A DNA stretch of 64,000 nucleotides, from contig MU271235.1 of the NCBI GenBank assembly GCA_021432655.1, positions 1-64,000 of the forward strand, read 5' to 3'. The position numbers and the translations under genes were made by a program. This document shows positions 13,482-24,587 of this stretch, one piece after another; the first letter of the stretch is position 1; each line of letters begins with the position of its first letter. This DNA comes from Atractiella rhizophila (lineage: Eukaryota). The notes beneath the pieces are model-generated. The model did not search any database and was not told the DNA's origin. It saw nothing but the letters and a program-made list of their open reading frames with translations.

Positions 13482-13610
13482 CGGACGGCTGTAAATGGAG
13501 TTTCTACGTTGCATCTTGAGAAACGGAGTATCTGTGCGATGATATACATTCCAATTATAACATCCAGTGTCGTACATCCTGTGTAAGGGATATAAGTACA
13601 TTACTTGCAC

Positions 13611-16600
13611 AGCGGGGACTAGAGGTTAAGGTTGAAGCAAGGGTTGAAGAGAGAGACGCTAAGGAAGGGAAGGTGCAAAGGGCTGCTCGGAACAGCAGGA
13701 CTTTTAAGACGAGGAAACCGGCTCCTACAACGAGGGAAGGGATAGCAACACGGAGGAAGCCCCGCCAAACCTTGGCCACCCTCACCTACTACTAGGGAAC
13801 CCTAACGGGAGAAGAGGGTCCCACTGATCAACACGCCCACTACCCACGCTCCTTCCCCCGAAAGTCGCGCATCACCGCCTACATTCTGGGTGGGTCTACT
13901 ACTCAGGGTTGAGAAGTGGAGCACACGTCCAATGACTAGTCCAGGGAGGACAAGGTAGACCTGGTCACCAACGGAGAGCAGCACCGTTCTGTGTGTCCTC
14001 GGTTTTGGCGCGCTGCTGTTCTTTCTAAAGTATCAGCTAGCTGCTGAGAGACTCCTTTACGTTGTTTTCCCGTTTTGTGGCTCTTTACCATGCTCTTTGA
14101 GAGTTTTGGCTACTTAGAGGAACCCGGAGTCAAGAGTGTCGGTATTATGGAGGTCGACAATATGTCAGCTTACAATGTCGTAGTGGCACTAGGTCCTACT
14201 AGGCTGTAGGAGAGTAGTGGCTTATCACGCGCCAATTCCAAGGCACGTTGTAGTTTTCTAATGAGAGGTGTTTGGGAGGGGACGTTGTCCTTCTCTGCGC
14301 CTGATACCGGGGAAGTCTCTCGTCAGCGACACTTGTCTACGCTAGACTCAATTCGTCTACGTGCTGGTACTACCTTGTCGCGTCGATGAACCACTGGCTG
14401 TTGGCTTCGGACTACCCCATTTTCCGGTAACACACCGTCACCCAAAAATGATAGTTTCTCGTGAATGCGCCATGACCCTTCCTCAAGTTCCGTGCAGAAA
14501 CGCAGGCACCGCTAGTCGTTGGAGACAGAGGGAGGGTACGGAGGTTGATAAGAGGACAATGCTTGACCTTGTGTTGAGCGTCGCAGGAATCGATACGTCG
14601 GGCGCTTGCGGAAGTACAGGTAGTTCGGCTAATAAGGGTTCGAAAATGAGTTGAGAGGGTACCTACTAGAGTGCTAAATGCAGTTCGTTGGAGGACCGAA
14701 GCATCACCTCCCCTTTCTCCTAACCCAAATAGGCGACTTCTTCCCACACATACCAAACCACAATCCCGACTGTGATACACGCCAGCGGCTATCCGCTACG
14801 CAGACATCACCTCTATTTGGATTCACGTACTATACTGTACTTCTGATTGGACATCACCTCTATTTGGATTCTCTTATGAGACTCCAGTGGAGGTGATGAG
14901 AGACTAGATATATATGTTCGCCTTATTGTGACGGTGTCTCGCATCTCCTCTCGTCTACTTTGTACATTCTCTTGATCTTCCCCTTCACTGTCACCCTAAT
15001 GCGCCTCAATTATTCTCCTCCTATCCGTGTTAACCCGATTCACCCTACATCCGCGTTTACCCGCTGCCCGCGGCTAAACGTGACGACGCACTCGTCACCG
15101 CTGCCCTCTGCGTCACCGCTGCCTCTCTGCGTCACCGCTGCCCTCTGCGTCACCGCTGCCCTGCGTGCTGCGTCGCGCTGCCCTCTGCTCCTGCCCTCTG
15201 CGTCACCGCTGCCCTCTGCGTCACCGGTGCTGCCCTCTGCGTCATCCGCTGCCTTCTTAGTCACCGCTGCCCTCTGCGTCTCCGCTGCCCTCTGCGTCTG
15301 CCCTCTGCGTCAGCGCTGCCCTCTGCGTCACCGCTGCCCTCTGCGTCACCGCTTGCCCGCGGTTCAAGCGTCCCTTGCGTTTACCCGCTATCCTCTGCGT
15401 TAGGCCGCTTGTCCGTGGCTAAACGCCTTCTACGTTTGGACTGTAAACCAAGTCCGATGCTTCGATCTCCATGTTATGCAACTTCTTCCTGGACGACAGC
15501 TTTCCCACCTTGCTCAACACCGAGTCTGAGCACACAGAAGTGCTTCATGCACCTACCCCTTGAAATGCACGACCAGCACATACAACTGCTGTGCGAATGA
15601 CAACCCCGATAGCTCAGAGTCCAATAGCGTGAAGTTGCACTCAACCGGAGGTGGAAGGCCTACGCTAATAATCCTGGCCAAGCTTTGAAAGACCCATGAA
15701 ATCACCTCGCACTAACCCTGTTTCCGTGAGAGAGGCAGAGAGTCCGCCTGAAACGCCAGCTCTACCAAGCGTTCAAACCTATGCTACAAGAAGGGAGACG
15801 AGCGTGAGGGCAGCTACAATTACTTGCTGAAGTTGGAAAACTCCCACTAACCAGACTCCTTCTAGAGGCAAGCTTCGGTAGTACCAGGAAGTTGAGACAA
15901 TAACCAACAGAACCAACCGAGCGCTTACGGTGGGCAGGGCTGTAACGGAAGCGAGAGAGGTTGCAGAGAGCTAAAGTCCGGTTAGGACCTGGGCGGGTGA
16001 AAGCACGTCACCTAGCGTAGAATGCGATGGAATTTCCGTGAGGCTGAGTGCCATAACAGATGAGTCGGCTGTTAGCAGTAGGGGAACGAAAAATGAGGCT
16101 ACGAAGGAAACGCTGAGAGGAAGGTTTAGACGCGAGAGTTTGACCTCACCACCGGTACGAGCGTCCACCTGGATAGAGTACCTAAAGGGTCCGAGTCTTT
16201 GAGCAACGCTCGAGAAGACCCCTCCGCCTCATGTCACGTCGAGTGCAGCGTCAGTTCGTCCGTTAAACCTGAGCCCCAAAGAAGGTCCTTAATCCGCATG
16301 AGTTAGCTCAAGTGTTACAGCTGCTGCGGCGGGGACGAGGAGGCTGGTGATAGAAGCTCCTGTTGGTCCGATGGTAGCGGTAAAGAGTCTTGCCAAGAGT
16401 AGTCCGAGTCAGTTTTGTGAAGAATAATGCCATGATACAGCACGCGCTATCCCAGTTAGCGTTGCTCCAACAGAATGCCATGTAAGCGTGGCGCACAGTC
16501 CAGCGTCTGACAGAGTGCTTCCGAGAGGGTATGCAAAGGAACTTCTTCCGTGACCTGTACAATCCGCATGCCCCGTTAACCTAGCTTCTAAGAAACCGCA

Positions 16601-16872
16601 AGAACTAAACAAATCAAAAGAACCACAAAGTAAAGAACCTAAATAATAGGGAAGACTCGATATGCACGACTAAGCGAGACCTCTGCAACCCCACGCTTAC
16701 AATCTACGGGTCGACCAGCTCGTCACCTGAGGAAAGACAATCACAGGGTGAGTGAAACATAAGGGCAAAGGGTTGCAGAGGGCGAGTGGGTGCATATATT
16801 TCGACCAGATGGAGAAGACCTAAAGGGCTAGCACAAGACAGAAGGAAGTGCAACCCCCTTAGGTCAGGTTGT
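13611..16872. mobile_element. Ty1/copia LTR retrotransposon 3' half (IN-RT linker, RT, RNase H, probable 3' LTR); legible only in the complement
   Basis: The complement reads QWVFTIK..FKARLCVRGDQQ..YSPV..VHQADYSQAF..IYVKQPPGF..LKKGVYGL|VQA, YVDD (15580-15591), TRPDIAF (15931-15951), RILRYLKGT, YSDASFA, GGPISW, SSGEAEY, IFEDNQATI and QVADCLTK, with a stop at 16669-16671. Candidate LTR TGTTAGA...TCCAACA at ~16699-16872 with a TATA box (low confidence). Confidence 0.92.
14760..15444. mobile_element. Solo LTR (same family as 45940 and 48332) inserted into the copia RT; mirror-written
   Basis: The complement starts TGTTAGGG and ends CCTGACA. Flanked by a 5-bp TSD (aaacc as written, TTTGG in the complement). 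Contains a noisy 18-bp minisatellite at ~15090-15350. Confidence 0.92.
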
Positions 16873-17309
16873 CTTGTCTAGAGAAGATGCTCGTGAAACT
16901 TGACGACTCTGAAAGCAATGGAACATACGGGTCGGTTTTGCGTGTGTAGACGAACTCGAGTCGTTCAAGTTACAACTGTCTGTCTGTATAAACCGCAGTT
17001 AGCAGGTTGCGGTGAGTATTAGCGGAGATAACCACAAGTTCCCGGAACAGCCAACACCACTTCACCCCTGAGCTCCCTAACGGGATTATTTTACTTACTA
17101 CGTGACAACTACACACATTATGACCGGGTTCTTTACGTTGCGGCACGTATCGAGTAGCAACTTTTCCCTAATAATTTATAGCGGATAATGTTTCAGGTAG
17201 AGTGAAATAGATTTTACAATACCAAATATCCACCTAACCATTGATGATAATGATGTTTCGTCAGTTAGCATGGGCGAGGAACTTNNNNNNNNNNNNNNNN
17301 NNNNNNNNN

Positions 17310-20300
17310 TGACCGAATCAACTGCAGTCCCGATCGCGACAGTCGCTCCTATTGGTGATCCAAGTGGTCCAGGGCGTGGTCTGCCTCCGAGGGGACAACA
17401 GTATCGTCTGAACTCTTCGTTCGAGATTACTGATACTCCCGTACGTCAAAGCCGCTCCCTCTGCCTCACAATGCGAGAGGTCGCTTACTTCGACATTCCA
17501 GGCTACAAGGAGTTATGATTGGTTGATAGCGTCCGTCATCTCTATCTTCCTTTCCATCGCCATTGACGCAGACATTATCAATAGAGCAAAAACGGCCGCT
17601 CCTGATGGCTATTCCAGAAATCTAATCACAATCAATGGTCTTACTCCGGGACCCCTGATTGAAGGTGAGCATGCAATGTGTTGTTCTAGGAATTTTTAAT
17701 AACAGATGTTCTTCAGCCAACGTGGGAGACACTGTCATCGGTGAGAAAAGAGAATTGAAGCAGGTTGTGGCTGACTTGTTTTCCACAGTTAACATCACCA
17801 ACACATTGGCCTCTAGCACAAGCATTCATTGGTGATTCTTCTGATTCTCATTTGTTCCACATCTAAAGGTTGGCTAGGCACGGGATGTATCAGAATTCGA
17901 CTCCTTGGATGGATGGAGTACCTGGAATGACCCAAGTAATCCTCTCCTTACTGTAAGCTATACAGTGTTGACAACCTTTTCACATAGTGCCCTATCCCAG
18001 CGGCTGATGCCACCTCGAACGGAACTTTCGTCTACGAATGGGTTGCTCAGGATTATGGAACGTATTGGTTAGCTTTTTGCTACGTTCTTCAGCATGATAT
18101 TCAATATCCCGGTTAGGTATCACTCCCATTCTGCGGTTCAATACACCGATGGCCTGCAAGGCCCTCTCATCATCCATTCTCCGGATGATCCGCTGAAACG
18201 CGGCGTCGACTTCGATATCGAAGAAGTGCGTTCCTTCTCCCGAATTTAGGTCAAGCGTTAATACCCTACATTAGGTCATAATGATGGCGGATTGGTACCA
18301 CGACGAAGCATCCAATATTATCAACGAGGTGCGTTTGTATTTCCATACCCTTGATGCGTCACTAATCCCTACGCTACTAGCTCCTCGATTCTGGCTATCA
18401 AGGCTCCATCGCATCACCGTCACCTCAGTCAGCCCTCTTGAACGGCCAAGGTGAGATCTCTACACACCATCCTGATTAGGGGTTGATGTTAAATATTGCA
18501 GGAATTTACAACTGCTCCCTCATCGATGACAGCTTATCCGATGACACCAGCGGCAACTGTACAACGCCTGATGATTACCCTGTCTTTGCAGTCGACCCAG
18601 CCACTAAATATCGTATCCGTCTTATCAACTCAGGAAGCCACGCTCAATTTTACTTCTCTGTGGACGGACACACACTCAACGTCACAGAAGCAGATTCTAC
18701 TCCTGTCTCTGGAGCAGACGCTGTCCACCGTGTACCCATCCATAATGGCCAGCGGTATTCTGTGTCGGTTTCCCTTGCTTTATTCTCGTCCCTTTCTTCA
18801 CTGACGATAATTCATAGCATNNNNNNNNNNNNNNNNNNNNNNNNNNNNNNNNNNNNNNNNNNNNNNNNNNNNNNNNNNNNNNNNNNNNNNNNNNNNNNNN
18901 NNNNNNNNNNNNNNNNNNNNNNNNNNNNNNNNNNNNNNNNNNNNNNNNNNNNNNNNNNNNNNNNNNNNNNNNNNNNNNNNNNNNNNNNNNNNNNNNNNNN
19001 NNNNNNNNNNNNNNNNNNNNNNNNNNNNNNNNNNNNNNNNNNNNNNNNNNNNNNNNNNNNNNNNNNNNNNNNNNNNNNNNNNNNNNNNNNNNNNNNNNNN
19101 NNNNNNNNNNNNNNNNNNNNNNNNNNNNNNNNNNNNNNNNNNNNNNNNNNNNNNNNNNNNNNNNNNNNNNNNNNNNNNNNNNNNNNNNNNNNNNNNNNNN
19201 NNNNNNNNNNNNNNNNNNNNNNNNNNNNNNNNNNNNNNNNNNNNNNNNNNNNNNNNNNNNNNNNNNNNNNNNNNNNNNNNNNNNNNNNNNNNNNNNNNNN
19301 NNNNNNNNNNNNNNNNNNNNNNNNNNNNNNNNNNNNNNNNNNNNNNNNNNNNNNNNNNNNNNNNNNNNNNNNNNNNNNNNNNNNNNNNNNNNNNNNNNNN
19401 NNNNNNNNNNNNNNNNNNNNNNNNNNNNNNNNNNNNNNNNTCGTAGACACCAGCTCAGACACCAATGGAACTGCTTTCTACATGCGCGCGGAAATGGTAT
19501 GTTTCAGAGTATTCCTTCCTCTTCACTTGTGCTTACCGGTGGAAAAGAACACCGATTGCTTCGCTTACGTCGATCCCACTCTCAACACGACCGCCGTCGG
19601 TATCCTCTCCATTCAAGACGGAGGCAACAAGATTAAACACACATTCCCTCGTAAAGTTTCGGTAGCGAATGTCACATCGTCAGACTGGTCAGATGCTCTC
19701 TCCGACTGAATGCATCGATATGGACGGTGATGAATTGGTCCCAATTGTGGCCAAGGGACGCGCCGACAGAGGTTGGGAAGAGGATCGCCTTTGACTCCGC
19801 CTTCGGTCTGATTTCCCGTGGCTGGAGAGACTGAATTCAGGTTTATGGTTAACAGACAGTACGTCTTTATTATCTTAACCAACTCGCTCTGATGTCTCCC
19901 CTATTTGCAGCTCCCTACAGTATGCTTCCTCTAGCCGTCGCAGCTTGCAACTAATGAAGTTCCTAGCAAATTATGTCAACCAGCCCCTTCTCGCCACTAT
20001 CATTGCTGGTGGAAAAGCCAATGCAAGTGCGGTCACCACAGCAACGTTTGAAGATGAATTCTGGGTTGGTGACATCTTGGTACGTTCCCTTACCACTATT
20101 AAAAGGAAAATTTTGATTGATGATGCTTTGTGTAGATCAATAACCTCGTTCGTCCTGATTGTTTTAAGTTCTACTTAAGCTCATCGCGGCGCTGAAGGAC
20201 CAAAGGATTGACCATCGTATGCTCTTTAGTTTCTTGTTCAGTGACTTGCCTCATTATTGATCGCAGCGTATCATTTGCACGGTTTCACCTTCTACGTTGT

Positions 20301-20864
20301 GGCCAGGGGAACAGGCGAACTCTCACTGGCTGATGCCGCAAACTTGGAATTCAATACTACCAATCCAGTAAGAAGGGACACTGTCGTCATCCCCGGAGGG
20401 TAAGCCTATCATGCTTTTTTGTTCCGGACCTTTCTGAGGAAGATTCCAGAGGGCATGCCGTTCTGAGATTTGCGAATGACAACCCTGGAGTTTGGGTGGT
20501 GAGTAATCTCTCTTATTAGGGTTTCTAGTTCCAGATTGACTTATTTTCCGTCTCATAGGTGCATTGTCACATTGCGTGCGTGAACTCACATCACAAGGTT
20601 TACCCGGCTGACATCTTTGAGTCAGTTGGCATCTCGCTTCTGGATTCCTGGCGTAGGCATCTCCTTTTCTTCCAGTCCGTCAACGCTGACAGGTTTGGTG
20701 ACCACAGTGCTATCATCACCCGACCAAATGACATTGCTGCAATGACCATTCCATCGGGCAACAAAGCTTTATGTTCCAGAGTCCCTGCCTCCGATCTCTA
20801 TCTTACTGAGCCTGGGAAGAAGAGGTCGCTCGGACTCATCTCACGGAGGAAAATTATCCGATGA
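17310..20864 (+). CDS. Laccase-like multicopper oxidase (CAZy AA1), very intron-rich; 5' end lost in the gap
   Basis: All four copper motifs are present across introns: TSIHW|HGMYQ..WMDGVPGMTQ|CPI, GTYW|YHSHS, H|PYHLHG and NPGVWV|VHCHIA|WHLASGF. Also YRIRLINSGS and GQRYS. Probable sequencing frameshifts near 19700-19760. Confidence 0.93.
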
Positions 20865-22563
20865 GGGAAAATTTGAGAAGAGGACAAAGAAGAGGATGAG
20901 CGGGATGGATCTGGGAATGGGCATGATGGACATTAGGCCGCTTGGGAAGTAATCCTTTCGTTGCAATCGTTTTGTTGCAATGAATGTTGGAGAGACAGCT
21001 CCTTCGTTTGTTTTATTTCACAAAAGTACAAGAGAGATAGTTACTTTCGAATCATATTCATGGTTTGATCTCCAAGGAAGGGCATGCGACACTTGTCATC
21101 ATCGACAGCAATAGAATTTTGCTTATTCAAACTTTTGCTATTGCTCCAGTTACTTGATAATTAGAGCCGTGGTATGCGGTGGATTTTCCAAGGAAGGATT
21201 TCTGCACGAACTGGATTGTGTTACCGCAGTGATATTAACCTCTCGCGGCAGAGTAAAATGAAGAACAAGTCCACGACAGACAAAACTACTAGCATATCCA
21301 GCACCAATGGAAGAATGTGCTAGTTGGTAGAACTAAGGTTGATCAATGCTCAAATCTTAGATCCCCGACCTGAACGAAGTTTAGGAGGGTCTCTGTTTGT
21401 CGAGCTCAAACACGATCATCCGGTGACATTCCTGCTGCACGCAGCACTGCTAGCGATCGCAGTAAAAAGATTGTGCAATGGTTGTGTTTCGGCTTGCGTC
21501 GCTAAACCTTGACCGTGACCCTGACCACCTGGCCTTTGAAATGAGAGGAAGTGAGGATCCCCGTTGACTTCGAAAGGAGAGAAATGTGCGACCGCCAGCT
21601 CTCGAAAATCACATGTTTGTCTGGCCCTGCCTCCCTTTCACGATACCTTCAATTGTCTTCGACTGGAATACTGTATTTCCTTTTGGAGTTTTCTTTTTTG
21701 AAACCTGGGAACAGGAGAAGTGCAAATGTTGATGGCCGTCGCCAGGCTCAAACCTCCACCCACGCTGGTGGACGCTTCAGCTTCGACTGCAGAGAAAGAC
21801 GTTGGAAATGTCAACGGAGAGGAGGAGGAGTAACTGCTGAACCCGTTGGGGACCGAATTGAAAGGGAGCTGCAGATTGATGACAGCACTGATTTCCTATC
21901 CTCTCTTGCCCTCAATCCTTTAGTACACGAAAGAATAGGCGAAACCATTTGTGCAGTATTATGCAAGAGCATCTTTCTATCCAGCCTATCAGTTTCTGGG
22001 ATTGAGGATTCTCAAGGGGATCCTCGCGATCCGCTTCGCTCGCAGTAACATTTGTTTCTGGTCTCCTTCATTCTAATTGGAAAACGACATCTGGTTTTCC
22101 GGGATCAAGACTCGGCGCTTAGTCAACTGTCCAAAGGGCCTCCTCCCGCCAGTTACTTCTGAAACCAACGCACTGACACGAAGCGGCTTGAGAAGGTGGC
22201 ATGTCCAGAATGGAAATTACTAAGTATCCTTTAATCTGAGCGCAAGAAGGCAGTGGAGGATGGAAACTTGAAAGGAGGAATGAGGAGGAGGGATGATGAA
22301 GGAAGTCGGGACTGGAAGGGAAGAGGAAGTGACGTCCACTTCTCTTGGAGCCTCCTGCGACTTCTACGTAGTCCCTTGAGATATGGAGAAGGATGATGTG
22401 CGATGATATGTCCCAAGAGTATGATATCCAATGTTGTACATCCTGTATAAGGAATAAAAAGTACATAATTTCCATGCCAAAGAACGACAGTTTATGGTAA
22501 CCATCCGTGAAAGTCCACCTGCAGCCATAAATTTCGGATGAAAATAAGAACAGCAGGGTAATT

Positions 22564-24587
22564 TCACAATCTCGTAAGGTGAATGTTGGATTTGGTAGAT
22601 GACAATCCCTCAGACAAATAGTTGTTATATTGAGCCAACAGCGTCTGATCCCACTCCAACGGCATGCGTACCCCAGCGAACTGGGCCTCATGAGCCTCTC
22701 TTTCCCAAACAGCCCTCCGCTTCTTCTCCGGCTCTGCTCTGTTTGCAACATCGGAAGAGCTCGCCAAAGAGGCGAGAAAAGATTGCCACGAGTTCCTTTT
22801 CGCCTTGGTCGCCTCCAAACAATCCCTTCTTTCCTCAGCTGCTGCTGACGAACCTTCGCCAAAAATGAGTTGCCTCATTTTCTCCGTCTGCGACGAATCA
22901 CCGGATGACTTGCGCGATAGAGAAGGGAAAATAAAAGGCCCAAAGATGCGCTCAGCAGACTCGTTGGACGGCTTTCGAGGCCGTTTCTTCGAGTTGGAGA
23001 GCTGAGTATCAGCTGTGGATTTAGGAACTTCTGACGAGAGTGAAGTGACACTCTTCTGGGACGATGAACGTGGTTTAAATGGGAGAGGGAGCGAGAACCG
23101 ACTCTTTGAGAGGTGAGACATCGAAGGCTGAGTCGTCGGATTCGTCGATGCTGAGTAGACGCTCCGATTACCCCACCCATGTGGAGGATTGTGGAGGCTG
23201 CTTTGATCGCCCATGGAAAATGTCGATATGGACCTAGCGCCAGTCGAGGGATTGCCAGCGCGCGCTGGGAGGAGAGACTGTGCTGAGGCTAAAGAAGAGG
23301 GGTGGAGTTGGGGCTGAAGAAAAGGAAAATCGGTTGAAATAAAACGCGGGTGTTGCTGTAGAAGAGGATACTGAACATGTGCGGAATGAAGCTGAGAATG
23401 CGCTCCCAAGTTCGTCAGAGATAAAGGATGCTGCGGTGCTGGGAGAGAGCCCAAGCCCGTGTGTGGCGTGGATTGCAGAGACGTCAATGGGAGCAGTGAT
23501 ACTGACGGCTGCAGTCCACTTCGTTGCAAAATGTCCGAACCAATGAGGGATGGGAGCGGTGGGACTGACGTTAGTCTCTCATCTTGAGGGAGGACAAGTG
23601 AACGTTCATGTAGTGAGGGATCGTAAATGCTGGAAAGATTGGAAAGATTCAACGTTCTATTCAACTCGGATGCCTGCGTTCGGGTAGGTGGTTCAGTTGG
23701 CACCGCCGGTAAGCCCTGATTCTGCAGATGCAGAACAGAGTGTATCCAATCCGTCGACTCCGGCTGTGTCTCAGTGGGGATTTCGGAGGATGCAGGCGGG
23801 ACATGCGAGGGGACGGCAAGGTCTGAGGTAAAACAGGGCTGAGAAGAGAAAGGAAGAGCTGATTGGATACCAGGGGCTGGTTGCGTCCACGGAGACAAGG
23901 GCGGGCGATCGAAGTCTGGCATCCAGAAACTAGCTGGAACGTCCGCTAGACTTGTGGGAAGAGCAGTCGGCCAGCCGGGCGGAGCGCTGAACGAGGAGTA
24001 CATGTCTTGATAAAACTGATTGGCAGCGTCAGCGTATGTTTGTGGTTGAGCTGTCTGAAGGTTTGGCGGTGAGGATGCAGAAGGAGAGGCTGAGGCTGCT
24101 GTCGTGGGAGGAGATGATGTTGCAACGAGAGGGGAGAGAGGGGACTTCATATTGCTTGGACCAGCCTCTGCGGAATCCTCCGGGCGGTCTCTTCCCCACA
24201 ACCTTTTCAATATTCCAGCTGCTTCTACATCTCTCCCATTTGCCTCAGCAGATCTGTGCGCACAATTCAGTAAGCCTTCTTTGAAGGAAGAGAGGATGAC
24301 TACGGTGAGGTTCCCGGTGCCCACACCTATTCACGCAAATTAGAAAAATAATGGTGTGACTTTTTGATGACACTCACACATTCGATTCCCTTCAAAGCGC
24401 AGGTCGAGCAATGTCTGGTACGCGAGCACTACACGATTACTTTTAGCGAATGTGCAGAGATGTGATAAGAGCCATTGTAACGGACTTTGATCTTTTTAGA
24501 TTTACAATAGACGCAACTGACAGCTGGACGGTTCCTCTTCCTCTTCGGTTTGTCTTGCTTGGCTGTGGCCTCCTTTTCCTTATCCAT
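22564..24587 (-). CDS. Zn(II)2Cys6 cluster protein with a long Pro/Ser-rich low-complexity region
   Basis: MDKEKE..KRKRNRPAVSCVYCKSKKIK|CSRTRHCSTCALKGIEC|VWAPGTSP|SAEANG... splices into the long ORF ending at 22564. No recognisable middle homology region. Confidence 0.8.

Larger units (their letters stand above)
13611..17284. other. Mirror-written block (~3.7 kb) abutting a 25-N gap; left boundary approximate
   Basis: The plain complement contains a 395-codon stop-free frame (15484-16671) with copia motifs. 14760-15444 is the complement of the LTR at 45940-46356 and the reverse of the LTR at 48332-49068. Confidence 0.93.

Noticed and set aside
13555..16612. Short ORFs listed by the track inside the mirror block
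   Set aside because: They come from translating reversed sequence; the real coding signal is in the complement.
13611..17284. A biological mechanism producing mirror (parallel-strand) DNA copies
   Set aside because: Both mirror blocks abut assembly gaps, one restores a host gene when reversed in place, and they show long-read-type indels. An artefact is far more parsimonious pending read evidence.
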